From: Gemmatimonadota bacterium
GTDB lineage: Bacteria; Gemmatimonadota; Gemmatimonadetes; Palauibacterales; KS3-K002
Direction: 5' to 3'
NCBI GenBank assembly: GCA_039586795.1
Contig: JBDHJS010000011.1
Location: forward strand, 1-64,000
Length of the DNA stretch: 64,000 bases
The position numbers and the translations under genes are program-made. This document shows positions 44,815 to 55,197 of the stretch, in pieces; the stretch's first letter is position 1, and every line of letters starts with the position of its first letter. Below the pieces are notes generated by a model that saw nothing but the letters and a program-made list of their open reading frames with translations, was not told the origin of the DNA and ran no database searches.

Positions 44815-46740
44815 CTACGGCGTATACCAAATCGGACTCGTATACGCCCGCTCCTGCGTGACCATCGGCACCTCGGCCGACATCGTGATCCCAAAGCGCT
44901 TCGCATCGTACGCCGTCCAGCGTGGTGTCGGGATCTCGATCACCCGAGCATAATAGACGGCTGGCAGATCTGGATCGAAGTCCGGATCGGTCCAGACCGT
45001 GATCAGCTCGGGATCGCCGATCGTGTTCGTCCACGTCGCGTTGGCAACATCCACCGTGTTGCCCACCGGCGGCAGCTTGCCGTCGGAGCCGATCCTGCGA
45101 TCGCCGGACCACGCCACGTCGTAGACCCTTTCGTTTCGATTGCCGTCGTCATCCAGCCACCCCTTCACGATCTGGATACGATCGAGGTTGCCGGAGAACG
45201 GATCTTTGAGCGCCGCCACCAAGAACGTCGGCGCGCCGCCGCCCGTCCGCGAGGGCAGGTCGGCGCCCATGGGGACACCCTTCATGTAGCCGACATCGGC
45301 CGGCAAGCGGTTCTGAGCGTCCGCATCCGTGAACTCCCAGCCGCCGAAGAAGCGAACCATCATGCGCGAGCCGGTCGTCGCGTACACTTCACGCCGTTTC
45401 ATCGCATCCCAGATCGCTTCCCGCGTGTTCTCAGTCGCCCACACGGCAGCATACCCGGACGACGCCTGCTCCCAGCCCACGATCGTCACGTCGCCCATTG
45501 CGAGTACAGGGTGTTCCCATCGCATCGGGTCCGGCTCCGTGCCCGAGTGCTTGCCAAAGAAGTTCTCTTCCGCGGCCGTGGCGAGCGATGTGTGGCTATC
45601 TGTGGAGCCGATCATGCCGAACTTGTAAGGATTGACGCCGACCCGTTGCTCGACCTGCAGTCCCAGCTGCAGGGCGGTGCGGGCATACTCGTGCTGCAAC
45701 ATGTCGTCTGTCTTCAGCTCGCTTAGGTTCAGATTGCCCTTGTCCCAAGTCTCGTAGTCGGCGAACTCGTCGTCCGGCGAGAGGAACGGATGCGCTTCTC
45801 CGTCCCCCTTGATCTGTGTCGCCTCGTAAAGCGGCTCCCAGCGGAACCGCGTCTCGGCGTACTCCCGGGTCAGCCTCTGGTTGGTGACCGGGTTGATGAG
45901 CGGGAACATCATCCCGTTGCTCAAGTTGCCGTTGTGCGCAATGGCCAGCAACTGTCCTCCCGTCTTGTCCTCGTAGGCCTGCAGAACCTGCCACAGATCT
46001 TCTGGATGAACGCTGCCCGCCGGCGGCAACATAGTGAACGGCTCGGTCTGGATCGCCTTGTCACCATCGTCCCGGTAGACGACCACGCGGTGCAGGTTGT
46101 TGCCGGGTGGCGCCAGCGACGTCCACTCGTAACCGATGAAGGCCGTAAACCGGCCTGGATCGTCGTACTTCTCCGCCGCCTCGATGGTCGCCTCCCACGC
46201 CGACCGGTATGAAGCGCTACCCGGCGAGTAGACGAGCGCTTCCGGGACCGTGCCTCTCGACGCCATGTCGATGATTTCCAGCGCGGCCGCCACCGCCTGT
46301 TCACCACCCGCCTGGATCATACCGTACCAGCGCTTGCCCGTCGGGTCGGCGAGGATCTCCGGATTGCCCGCGAACAGGTCAGGGAAAAAGCCCATGTTGT
46401 CGGAGTGGTCGGCCACGACCAGCCAGTCAAGAGGTCGGAACAGTTTCACCCGTTGGCCGGTCGCCGACGTGACCTCCTCGCCCCGGGCGAAGCGATAAGC
46501 CTCGTCCAGGCCGAGCCGGTTGCCGAAAGCTCCCGCGTCCATCGACATCGCGGTGTGCAGGTGCGTGTCGCCCCAAAACACCTGGGTCGGGAAGTTGCGC
46601 CCCGCGTAGGGAGAGAAGTGATCCTGCGCCTTGAAAGCACCCTCGAGCGCTTCGGGCGGCGGCACCGGGTCCTGCGCATATGCGACGGACGGCAGCGCGA
46701 GGGCGATGGCCGCCGTCAGTAGAAGTCCCTTCGCTTTCAT
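44815..46740 (-). CDS. DUF3604 (PHP-like) secreted metallohydrolase, copy 1
   Basis: Same motifs as 42804-44735 and collinear over the full length; GGAGG RBS. Confidence 0.9.
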   Translation of the reverse strand: MKAKGLLLTAAIALALPSVAYAQDPVPPPEALEGAFKAQDHFSPYAGRNFPTQVFWGDTHLHTAMSMDAGAFGNRLGLDEAYRFARGEEVTSATGQRVKLFRPLDWLVVADHSDNMGFFPDLFAGNPEILADPTGKRWYGMIQAGGEQAVAAALEIIDMASRGTVPEALVYSPGSASYRSAWEATIEAAEKYDDPGRFTAFIGYEWTSLAPPGNNLHRVVVYRDDGDKAIQTEPFTMLPPAGSVHPEDLWQVLQAYEDKTGGQLLAIAHNGNLSNGMMFPLINPVTNQRLTREYAETRFRWEPLYEATQIKGDGEAHPFLSPDDEFADYETWDKGNLNLSELKTDDMLQHEYARTALQLGLQVEQRVGVNPYKFGMIGSTDSHTSLATAAEENFFGKHSGTEPDPMRWEHPVLAMGDVTIVGWEQASSGYAAVWATENTREAIWDAMKRREVYATTGSRMMVRFFGGWEFTDADAQNRLPADVGYMKGVPMGADLPSRTGGGAPTFLVAALKDPFSGNLDRIQIVKGWLDDDGNRNERVYDVAWSGDRRIGSDGKLPPVGNTVDVANATWTNTIGDPELITVWTDPDFDPDLPAVYYARVIEIPTPRWTAYDAKRFGITMSAEVPMVTQERAYTSPIWYTP

Positions 46741-46765
46741 GGTTCCCTCCAGTATCTAGCATTGC

Positions 46766-48994
46766 TCACCGAATCCGCTCCTGTTCCAGCACCTCTATGG
46801 AGCGGATCTTCCACATGCCATCAATAGGTACAACGGCGACGCGGGTGTCGTAGCGGTTCTGGCGAAAGTGGCGGTGCCCGAAGTGGGTCACCGTTCCACC
46901 GACAGTCCACGAAGCGTCGGCGTTAAAGCCTCCGTCGTCTCTTGGCTCGATCGCGCCGACATCGAGCACCTCCACGGCGTCGACCAGAGCTCGTGCACCG
47001 CCCCGCTCTTCCATCTCCAGTGAGCGACGATGCTGCAGGTAGACATCCGTCAGCGTCGCGCCCGTCACCGCGACGGCCAGGCGGTCGTAGGCGGCGGCTT
47101 CATCTCGGAACTCGAACGCGCGATACACGTTCGGAAGCACGCTCGCTAGGATGCGCCGCGCCGAGCTTTCTGATGGCGCCGACCCAAGAGAAGCCGACCC
47201 AAGAGAAGCTGGCAATGCGATGGCCACCCGTGCCAGCGGTCCGACGATCAGAGCCAAGGCCAGAGCGATCCGCGCGCCGGCGAATGAGGTGGTCCGCCGC
47301 CGGCCGCGCAGGCCGCCCACGAACAGAACGACGGCCGCCGCAAAAAGTGCCAGCGAGATCAACGGCAGCGGCAGGCGGGCCGGCTCGACGGCCACGCCGG
47401 TCACGGTGACCACCGGGTTCTCCATCAGGTCGTTCTCCCAACGGAGCGCCGGCTGTGCCTCCGTCAGTACCGTCGAAATCGACGCCTCGGGATCGATCAC
47501 GGTGGCCGGGACCGCTGGCGTCGCTTCGCTGAACTCGCTCCAGCTCAAGGTGACGGCGTCGGGCATACCCTCGATCAGGTAGACGATCGTCACGCCGACC
47601 AGCGCTGAGTCCAACGCTTCTCTGACCGGCGTTTGCCGCGGCAGCACGCCCGTCGCGTCGGCCGTCGCGAAACCGACCCGGTCGATGATCTCGTCAGCAA
47701 CTCTTCCATCGATCTCGACGACAGACTGCGACACGACCAGTTCGCCGATTTGCCGCGCGACTTCGCTCTGCGTCTCGATCTCGATATAGCCGTCGCGGCT
47801 GACTCGGAGATCGATAACGCTCGCAACTTCACCCACCCGCACCAAAACCTCGTTACGAACCTCGAACGGTTCCACCGCCAGGTAACTCTGGATCGGCGCA
47901 TCGATCGTTTGCGGCGCCAGTCGCCGTGAGACGGGCAAGCCGGAAGCAGTTCTCGCGCCGGACATACCTGGAAGCCGCGGGTTGGTCGTCACCGACGTCT
48001 CCGGTGCGGGACTGACGAATGCCAGCCCGAGCGCGGCGGCTACCGCCGTTCCACCGATCACGTAGGAGAGGGCAGGCCGAACCCAGGCGGTTCGCCAGCG
48101 GCGAGCGGCCAGCGTGCCGACGCCAGAGACCAGGAGGGCGAGGGCAAGCATTGCCGCGTCCATCCCCAGTACCAGTACGAGGAGCTCGGGCCAGGCAACG
48201 CCCGTCGCGTCCGGCGCCGCCGGTAGCAGGGCAGCCAGGGCGAGCCCGTGAAAGAGGCCGGCACCCGCTGCCAGTCCGTCGATGCGGCGTTGCTCGGGCT
48301 GCGCACGCAGAGTCTCCCGAGCCAGAAACGCCACCGCGATGGCAACGCAGATCTCGGCCGCCGCCGGCTCGAAGGCTCGGCCGATGACCGCGGTCAAAAC
48401 CACCGCCGTGAGCTGACCCACCGCGAAGGCGGAGACGAGGCGGATGGAACCTGTGGCACCGCCCAGCAGAATCAGCGCCAGCAGAAAGGCGACGTGCACC
48501 CAGTGTCCCACGACGTGGCGAGTACCGGTGAGGGTAGCGAGCCGCGCGTCGCGCAACCACGCGTCTATCGCTCCGATGTTCCCTGCCGGTAGCTGCCAGG
48601 ATTCCTCCAACGGATCCAGCGATTGTGCGAACCGCTCGCCAGACAGGAACTCGACTCGGATCACGGTGCTGATCGTCGGATTTGGCATCGGGTAGCTGAT
48701 GCCAACCGTTTTCCCGAGCAGCCCTTCGGAGCAGCGATAGACCTGGCGGTTCATCCAGCCGCTCGGTTGATCGAGGAAGATCCGCTCGCCTTCCGGTCGG
48801 CAACTCTCGGGCAGCACCGGCGTGGGCATCGCCCGAACCGGCAGAACTTTCGGCACGCGCCACTGCACCAGGAAGGAACCGGGCTCGCGCTCTTTGATCT
48901 GCACGTGAACGGGGCGCGTCACATCGCCGAACGCCGGCGCGACAGCCATCGCGACGGCCAGTGCGGAGAGCACCAGCCAAAGGCGCGTCGTCAC
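46766..48994 (-). CDS. HupE/UreJ-like membrane protein fused to a large unknown domain
   Basis: Signal peptide, periplasmic P.LP..C domain, G..H....VH and GLFHGL motifs, C-terminal GTVTHFGHRHFRQNRY. Confidence 0.7.
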   Translation of the reverse strand: MTTRLWLVLSALAVAMAVAPAFGDVTRPVHVQIKEREPGSFLVQWRVPKVLPVRAMPTPVLPESCRPEGERIFLDQPSGWMNRQVYRCSEGLLGKTVGISYPMPNPTISTVIRVEFLSGERFAQSLDPLEESWQLPAGNIGAIDAWLRDARLATLTGTRHVVGHWVHVAFLLALILLGGATGSIRLVSAFAVGQLTAVVLTAVIGRAFEPAAAEICVAIAVAFLARETLRAQPEQRRIDGLAAGAGLFHGLALAALLPAAPDATGVAWPELLVLVLGMDAAMLALALLVSGVGTLAARRWRTAWVRPALSYVIGGTAVAAALGLAFVSPAPETSVTTNPRLPGMSGARTASGLPVSRRLAPQTIDAPIQSYLAVEPFEVRNEVLVRVGEVASVIDLRVSRDGYIEIETQSEVARQIGELVVSQSVVEIDGRVADEIIDRVGFATADATGVLPRQTPVREALDSALVGVTIVYLIEGMPDAVTLSWSEFSEATPAVPATVIDPEASISTVLTEAQPALRWENDLMENPVVTVTGVAVEPARLPLPLISLALFAAAVVLFVGGLRGRRRTTSFAGARIALALALIVGPLARVAIALPASLGSASLGSAPSESSARRILASVLPNVYRAFEFRDEAAAYDRLAVAVTGATLTDVYLQHRRSLEMEERGGARALVDAVEVLDVGAIEPRDDGGFNADASWTVGGTVTHFGHRHFRQNRYDTRVAVVPIDGMWKIRSIEVLEQERIR
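47178..47207. repeat. Perfect 15-bp in-frame tandem duplication
   Basis: GCCGACCCAAGAGAA x2, giving ASLGS-ASLGS. Confidence 0.9.
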
Positions 48995-49890
48995 CGGTCG
49001 CCTCCGCTGTTGTCTACCTGGAGCGATCGCTCGCGAATTGCTTCTTCGTCGATCGTTACGGCGTAGCCTTCCAACAGGCCGGCCAGCATGGCGTCGTTCG
49101 CTCGTTGCCGCAGCTCTGACGCGAAGTCTCGCTCCACGAGGTTGCGCACTTCGGCCAGCTCGGGCACGCGCCCCTCCTGAACATCGCTCACCCGCACCAA
49201 GTGCAGCCCGTAGCCCGACGCGACGGGACCTTCCCAGTCGCCGGGCTCCAGCTCGAACAGCGCGTCCGCGAAGCGCTGCCCGAACGCACGCCTGACGTCA
49301 TCCGGTGATTGGGCAGAGTAGTCGTGTTGCAGCATGAAGCGATCGCCACGCTCCGGCGCACGGGCCACCGGACTCGGCAATGCCCTCAGTTCGGCCAACT
49401 CCCGCTCCGCGTCGTCGTATACGGACTCCCCGCGGCGATCGACGTTGTAGTAGATGTGCGTGAAGCTGCGTAACTCCGGCAGTCGATAGTCGTCCAGGTT
49501 CTCCTGGAAGAAGGCAAGCAGCTCCGCCTGCGTCGGCTGCGCCTGCGCGGCCAGGTCTTCGGTGAGGAATTCTATCTTCTGGACCATGCGCCGGCGGATG
49601 ACCTCATCGTCCCGGTCCATCCCCAACTTCAGCGCCTCGCGATACAACACTTCCTGGCGCACCCAATCGTCCGCCAGGCCGCGGAGCTCGGCCTCGGTGG
49701 GTGGACGTTGCCAGCGCGCCTCCCAGTTGGCCGACAGCCATTCGACTTCCGAGAGGCCGACCTCTATACGCTGGCTCGCTTCTTCCTCGGCGCGTCCGCT
49801 GAACAAGGAGTAGCCTGCGAACAGCGCTACCCCCAAGACGAGGAAGTGCACCAGCGGCTCGCGGAGGAAACTCCGCAGTCTATCACTCAT
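48991..49890 (-). CDS. PpiC/parvulin-type peptidyl-prolyl isomerase (rotamase) family protein
   Basis: LREPLVHFL, EVLYREAL.LG.DRDD.VIRRR, W.GPV.SGYGLHLV. Confidence 0.9.
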   Translation of the reverse strand: MSDRLRSFLREPLVHFLVLGVALFAGYSLFSGRAEEEASQRIEVGLSEVEWLSANWEARWQRPPTEAELRGLADDWVRQEVLYREALKLGMDRDDEVIRRRMVQKIEFLTEDLAAQAQPTQAELLAFFQENLDDYRLPELRSFTHIYYNVDRRGESVYDDAERELAELRALPSPVARAPERGDRFMLQHDYSAQSPDDVRRAFGQRFADALFELEPGDWEGPVASGYGLHLVRVSDVQEGRVPELAEVRNLVERDFASELRQRANDAMLAGLLEGYAVTIDEEAIRERSLQVDNSGGDR

Positions 49891-50064
49891 GTGCAGCTAA
49901 CTCCGCCGCAAAACGGCTTCACCTGGTTGTATCCTGAATCCAGCGCCAAGATAGAGCATCATCCAAGGCCAGCAAGACCTGGAGCGGCCTTCTATGTGCC
50001 TTCGTAACACGATATTACGGGTGGGCTGGTCGTCTAGTAACGGCGAGCTCGGCGGGCATGTTCC

Positions 50065-50967
50065 TCACCAGCGGAATTGATAGAAGAGACCGACGGAATC
50101 GAAGTCGGCGCCGCGCTCGACCCGGGCGCCGCTGGCCAGGACCAGCCGCAGTGTGTGCCTCCGGGCGATGGGGACGGCGAACGTCAGTCCGAACCTGAAC
50201 GTGGAGATCCGTGTGTCCTTCTCGGCGCCATCGAGGGTCGTCCGACCGCCATAGCCGTACCCGCCGTCCAGCGCCAGCCACCACCCCCTGGGGAAAGAAC
50301 GGATTACGTGCAGCTTCCCGACCAGCAGCGGCCGCTGCTCCACCGTGGAGCCGCCGAAGAAGTCGGTGTTGTCGGTGAAGAACCAGGCGCCGGCGAACGC
50401 CTCGAAGGTCCATCGGCGGACGACCTGGGAGATGCCGATCTGGGTTCTAAAGGTCCAGCGATTCGAGCCGAGGTTGAGCAGCCTGGACGAATCGTACTGG
50501 CCCAACGGCGTGATCAGTTGGAGGCTGGCCCCGACGATAGTCTTCTGTACGTAGCCAGCATACTCGGCCGGTCGTAGCGCCGGCGCGCCGACGAAGTTCA
50601 CCGACAGACGAACGCGGGGATCCCCAAACCCGGTGACCGCCCGCGCCGTGTCGACCCCTTCAAGTTGACCCTTCCAGTCCGCGTCAGCGAAAGAGACCAC
50701 CACGTCGAGCTTGCTGGATAAACCGAAGAAATCGATGGCGCGCACGTAGGCGCCGATGAAGGTGTGCAGCTTGGCGTCGAGGTCTTCGATGGGGACGACC
50801 GGATCGAGTAGTATGTTCCCCTGGGCGTACACGTAGCCGGCCGCAGCGAAGTTCCATCCGACTGGAACGTTGGTGAGCGCCCGGGGCTCGAGCTCCTGGC
50901 CGCTACCTTGGACAGCGGCCAGGTGAAGCACGAGGGCAAGGAGAGCCAGCCTGCGCATTTGCTTCAT
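50065..50967 (-). CDS. Outer-membrane channel, MetA-pathway (Phenol_MetA_deg) family
   Basis: QELEPR...N.P.G, GFGDP, PLGQYD...L.NLGSNRW, terminal YQFRW. Confidence 0.8.
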   Translation of the reverse strand: MKQMRRLALLALVLHLAAVQGSGQELEPRALTNVPVGWNFAAAGYVYAQGNILLDPVVPIEDLDAKLHTFIGAYVRAIDFFGLSSKLDVVVSFADADWKGQLEGVDTARAVTGFGDPRVRLSVNFVGAPALRPAEYAGYVQKTIVGASLQLITPLGQYDSSRLLNLGSNRWTFRTQIGISQVVRRWTFEAFAGAWFFTDNTDFFGGSTVEQRPLLVGKLHVIRSFPRGWWLALDGGYGYGGRTTLDGAEKDTRISTFRFGLTFAVPIARRHTLRLVLASGARVERGADFDSVGLFYQFRW

Positions 50968-50987
50968 ATCTTCAGAAGCAGCGCCCG

Positions 50988-51845
50988 CTAGCCAACCGGG
51001 ATCACATAGGTGACGTTCGCCCGGAGTTTAGTCTCCGCGGCCGGGCCCAGCCAGTCATCGGTGGCGAACTCGGTCGCGTACTCGACATAGAAGTTCCAGG
51101 AACCCTTGGGCTTGACCAGCACGTAGCCGAAGCGGACGCCGAGCGGCACCTTCCACCCTCCGAACTCCCAGCTGTGCTGCGCCTGCATGTCGTTGCTGGC
51201 GATGTACCAGCCTTTGCCTAACTGGTAGTTGATGAACGGGTTGATCACGAGCGGGTGGGCACCCGTTTCCGTTCCTTCGCCCGGCGTCACCGTCGGCGGT
51301 CCTTCTTCGGGTTGACCGATATCCACCACATCCCGCTTCCCCCACACCTGCTGCACCAGCAGACCGACCATCATCTTGTCGTTGAAGAAGCGCTGGATGA
51401 CGGCAGCCGCAACACCGAATGACCACTCGCTGCTGCCGACTTTCGAGCTACCCGGGATGACGATGTCGGGCCCGAGGCCCGCGCGTCCCGTCCCCCAGTC
51501 CCACGGTACGATGAGCGCGAACAGATCAGTGGGGCTGAGCCCCCACTCGCCGTCTTTGTTCTGGGTGTAACGAATCGTGAGTCTCGGGAGGATCTTTATC
51601 TTTCCGATCGGAATCGGAGCTACCATACGATACTGAAAGAAGCTCTGGTTACCCTCTGGCCGGACTTCACCCGTGACCATCGTGTCCGATCGGTAGTCCG
51701 GCATGGCCTGATAGGCGAACTGCAGCGACCACTGCGAGGCGGTGGCGTCATTCACCGCCGACTCGCGGCTCTGTTGGGCCGCGGCGCTATTGGTTGTCAA
51801 CGCGAGCACCAGCACCCCGCAAACACCCGCTATGGTCTTTCTCAT
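50988..51845 (-). CDS. Outer-membrane beta-barrel hypothetical protein
   Basis: Signal peptide, GLGP....P.....GS..WS.G, NPFINYQL..GWY, W.VPLG. Confidence 0.75.
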   Translation of the reverse strand: MRKTIAGVCGVLVLALTTNSAAAQQSRESAVNDATASQWSLQFAYQAMPDYRSDTMVTGEVRPEGNQSFFQYRMVAPIPIGKIKILPRLTIRYTQNKDGEWGLSPTDLFALIVPWDWGTGRAGLGPDIVIPGSSKVGSSEWSFGVAAAVIQRFFNDKMMVGLLVQQVWGKRDVVDIGQPEEGPPTVTPGEGTETGAHPLVINPFINYQLGKGWYIASNDMQAQHSWEFGGWKVPLGVRFGYVLVKPKGSWNFYVEYATEFATDDWLGPAAETKLRANVTYVIPVG

Positions 51846-51857
51846 TCGCACATCCTC

Positions 51858-52694
51858 CTAGAAAGCGAGATCAATCACGAACCGCAGATCCCACACCGTT
51901 CCCTTCGTCGGTCGCACGACGTTATAGAACAGCTGCAGACCCAGGTTCATGTCGACAGTACCAAGTCGGAAAAGCCTCTGAGCGCCGCCTCCGATCGGGA
52001 AGTAAACCTTCTCGCCGCTTGGCTTGAGCCAGTAGACGGAGACCCCGTACGGCACGTAAATCAGATCCCATTGCTCCGACAGCGAGTAGTAGATGAACGG
52101 CTTGATCATCAGCATGCTCACCGCTTCACGGTCGGGATCGCCGGCAAACGACCAGATCTGAAGCGCGATAGCCCCCGCGAAGAGCCGGCCGCTCTCGTAC
52201 TCGTAGTCGATGCTGGGACCGATCGACCACTTTCCGCTTCCCAGTGTCTCGGACGAGGCTGTGGGAAACTGAGCTGCCAGACCCGGCGCGAAGTGATGCT
52301 TGCCGTGGTGCGGGCCTTGTTTCGAGAACCAGAAGCCGGTGAGAAGATCGGAGATACCGGTGGCTGCCTCAATGCTACCTGCGACCGGATTGCCCGGCGG
52401 CTGGCCGGGGATGGCGCGCGGGAAATCGGCGACCTCCAGATACGCGATGTTCTTGACCTCGTAGCCCGCCACGCCCAGATAGCTCTCGAGCTCGATACCG
52501 AGAGTTGTGGCGTCGTCCCCTTCGTCTACCATGAAGCTGCGAAATATCCAGTTCCTTAGCCCGCCCACGTGAAAGCCGGCTGAACTCGTGCCGTGATCTT
52601 CGCTGGCACCCTCCTGCGCCCAGCCAGCGCCAGGGGCGCCTGCTAGCACCAGCGAAACCAGCGCGCAGGCACTCGCCAGTCTCTTCATCATCAT
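51858..52694 (-). CDS. Outer-membrane beta-barrel hypothetical protein, same family as its neighbour
   Basis: Signal peptide, FPTAS..TLGSGKWSIGP, KPFIYY, FPIGGG, terminal Phe. Confidence 0.75.
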   Translation of the reverse strand: MMMKRLASACALVSLVLAGAPGAGWAQEGASEDHGTSSAGFHVGGLRNWIFRSFMVDEGDDATTLGIELESYLGVAGYEVKNIAYLEVADFPRAIPGQPPGNPVAGSIEAATGISDLLTGFWFSKQGPHHGKHHFAPGLAAQFPTASSETLGSGKWSIGPSIDYEYESGRLFAGAIALQIWSFAGDPDREAVSMLMIKPFIYYSLSEQWDLIYVPYGVSVYWLKPSGEKVYFPIGGGAQRLFRLGTVDMNLGLQLFYNVVRPTKGTVWDLRFVIDLAF

Positions 52695-52724
52695 TCGGAT
52701 GCTCCTCGCTCATCTCGCGCCGCG

Positions 52725-52763
52725 GGATTGGCGATCGAAGTTCAACTCCGCGATCGCCAATCC
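52725..52763. terminator. Intergenic hairpin
   Basis: GGATTGGCGATCG-N13-CGATCGCCAATCC. Confidence 0.55.
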
Positions 52764-52854
52764 GCCATCGCTAACTGCGCCACTCTGTGTCTCATACTCA
52801 TCTCCTTTAGGTGGCTGTCCAATTCATTACTGACTACTGAATCACTCACCGCTC

Positions 52855-55136
52855 TCAATTCGTCCCTTCGGTGAGTCTGAAGATCACTTTATCCAACTCC
52901 CCGGTGAACGGGTAATGGTTTTGGATCCGGTACCCGTTGCTCACCGGTGTTCCAGCATCCACACCCACGTCGAACGTTTCGGAGAGTGAAAACGTGGAGA
53001 TATGCATCTCCGGCATCTCCACCTCATCGACCTTGGTGCCGTTGATGTAGAGCTCTCCGGTTCCGCCAGGAATCCCGGCCGTGCTGCCGCCGGTTTCGAT
53101 GAAGTTGAACTTGATGTGCACTTCACCGCGCGGCAGCGGCTGCGACTCCAGGGAGTAGTAACGCCCGTGGTAGTAGTTGTAGTCGTAGTATGCCCGGTTG
53201 TTCTTGATGTACAGCGTGTATCCGCCGGTGAAGCCACCGCAGGCGACGATCACACCTTCCTCGTTGCCGGTGAGATCGAGCGTGGTCTCGATACTGTGCG
53301 AGCGGCCCTTGACCGGAGCCGAGGCCTTCTCGGCGATACGTCGGGCACCAGGCGCATAGTAGACGAACTCGGTGCGGTCACCGAAAAGCCTGTCCTGCTG
53401 CTTGGCGATGCGCTGGATCATGTCGTCATACAGCGGGTAGACGTTGTTCTCCCAGGCCAGTTCCTCCCAACGCGCCTTGAGCTCCTCGAGTTTTTCGGGA
53501 TACTGATCGGCCACGTTTACAGCTTCGGAAAAATCCTCATCGATGTTATAGAGCTCCCACACGTCGTCCTCGAAGGGCGACGTTCTGTTGAGCTGCCAGG
53601 GCATGCGGTTGGCGTGGATGGTGACCGCCTTCCAGCCGTCCTGGAGGAGTAAGCCATGCTGACGCCGTCGAGGTCCATCTGCTCCTCGCCGTCCAGCTCC
53701 CTTAGGAAGGGCGTGTTCGTCACGTCGAGTATAGTGGCACCGATGTCGGTGATGTGGTGGTACTGGTTGCGGACCTCACCCTTCGCCTGAATCCCGGCCG
53801 GCCAGTGGATGACCAACGGGTCCTGGATGCCACCGCGATGGACGATCTGTTTGAAGTACTGGAAGGGAGTGTTGCCAGCCAGCGCCCATCCCGCGTGGAA
53901 GTGCGGGTAGGTCGTGGGGCCGCCCCAATCGTCGTAGTGCGAGAGGTTTGCTTCGAGCGGGGTCTGCAGCCCGTTCAGGACGTAGGTCTCGTTGAAGCTG
54001 CCGGTGAGGCCGCCTTCGCCTGACGACCCGTTGTCGGCCGTAACCATGATGAGCGTGTTGTCGAGCTGGCCGGTGCGCTCGAGGGTCTCCAGAATACGCC
54101 CAATCTGCTCGTCCACGTGCGTGAGCATCGCGGCAAACACCTCCATCTGTCGAGCGTAAAGCCTCTGTTCCTCCCGGGGGAGACTGTCCCAGGCGGGGAT
54201 TTCCGCCGTGCGCTCAGTGAGCAGCGTACCCTCCGGGATAACCCCCATCTCCAGCTGGTTCTGGTGGATCATCTCCCGGGCGCGGTCCCAGCCCATGTCA
54301 AACCTACCTCTGTACATTTCGATATACTCGGGCGGCGCCTGGTGCGGCGAGTGCATGGCCACCGGAGCCCAGAACAGCATGAAGGGACGGTCGGGCGACG
54401 CGGACAGGTGCGCGGTGATGTTACGGGTCGCCTCGTCGGCCATCGCCTCGCTCCAGTGGTACCCGGGTCTTCCTTCCCAGTCCTCGAGTGGATAGTGATC
54501 CCGCCAAACCAGAGAGCGGAAGTTGTCGGCATCTGCCGCCATGAAGCCGTAGTAGTGATCGAATCCCTCGCCGCTGGGCCAGCGATCGAAGGGGCCGCTC
54601 TCCGAGACCTCGTACAGCGGCGTGTGATCCCATTTCCCGATCGCGTAGTTCACGAAGCCAGCTTCTTGCAGATGTTTCGCGATCGACTTGCCCGACTCGG
54701 GTGGAAAGGCATTGTAGCCCGGGAAGCCCATGGCCGTGAGCGAGTGCGAGCCGAGTCCGATCCGGTGGTGGTTCCGGGCCGCCATGATCGTGGCTCGGGA
54801 CGGCGAGCAGAGCGCCGTGGTGTGGAAGTTGTTGTAGCGCAGCCCGTTCGCCGCCAGCGCGTCGATATTGGGTGTCTCGATGAGCCCGCCGAAGCTTCCC
54901 AGGTGTCCGAAGCCCGTGTCATCTAGTAGAAAGATGATCACGTTGGGTGTTCCCTCCGGCGGCTTGGGCGTAGATGGCCACCACTCCTCCGAGTCCTCGT
55001 ACGACTCGGCAATCTTGCCTTCGAACTCCTGCCCATACTTCTCGAACGACTCGGACCTCTGCTCGCCCGCCGGGGCACAGGCTCCGGCCATGCCGAAGAG
55101 TACAGCGAGGCCGACGAAGATTCTCCAATTGTTCAC
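52855..55136 (-). pseudogene. Arylsulfatase lipoprotein broken by an internal deletion and frameshift
   Basis: Lipobox AGAC, PNVIIFLLDD, CSPSR formylglycine motif, GKWD, HSPHQ, ADNG; at about 53645 GVSMAYS joins out of frame to QDGWKAVTIH; WELYN..EDFSE and FDVG.D follow. Confidence 0.88.
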
Positions 55137-55197
55137 AGAGTCCTCCTTCTATCTGGTGAAAGGCGGTGTACCCCCGCGTTGCTTCTCTCCAGTCCGC

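Noticed and set aside
12130..53680. Programmed frameshifting in the SDH and arylsulfatase genes
   Set aside because: Conserved coding blocks are missing at both junctions and no slippery sequence is evident
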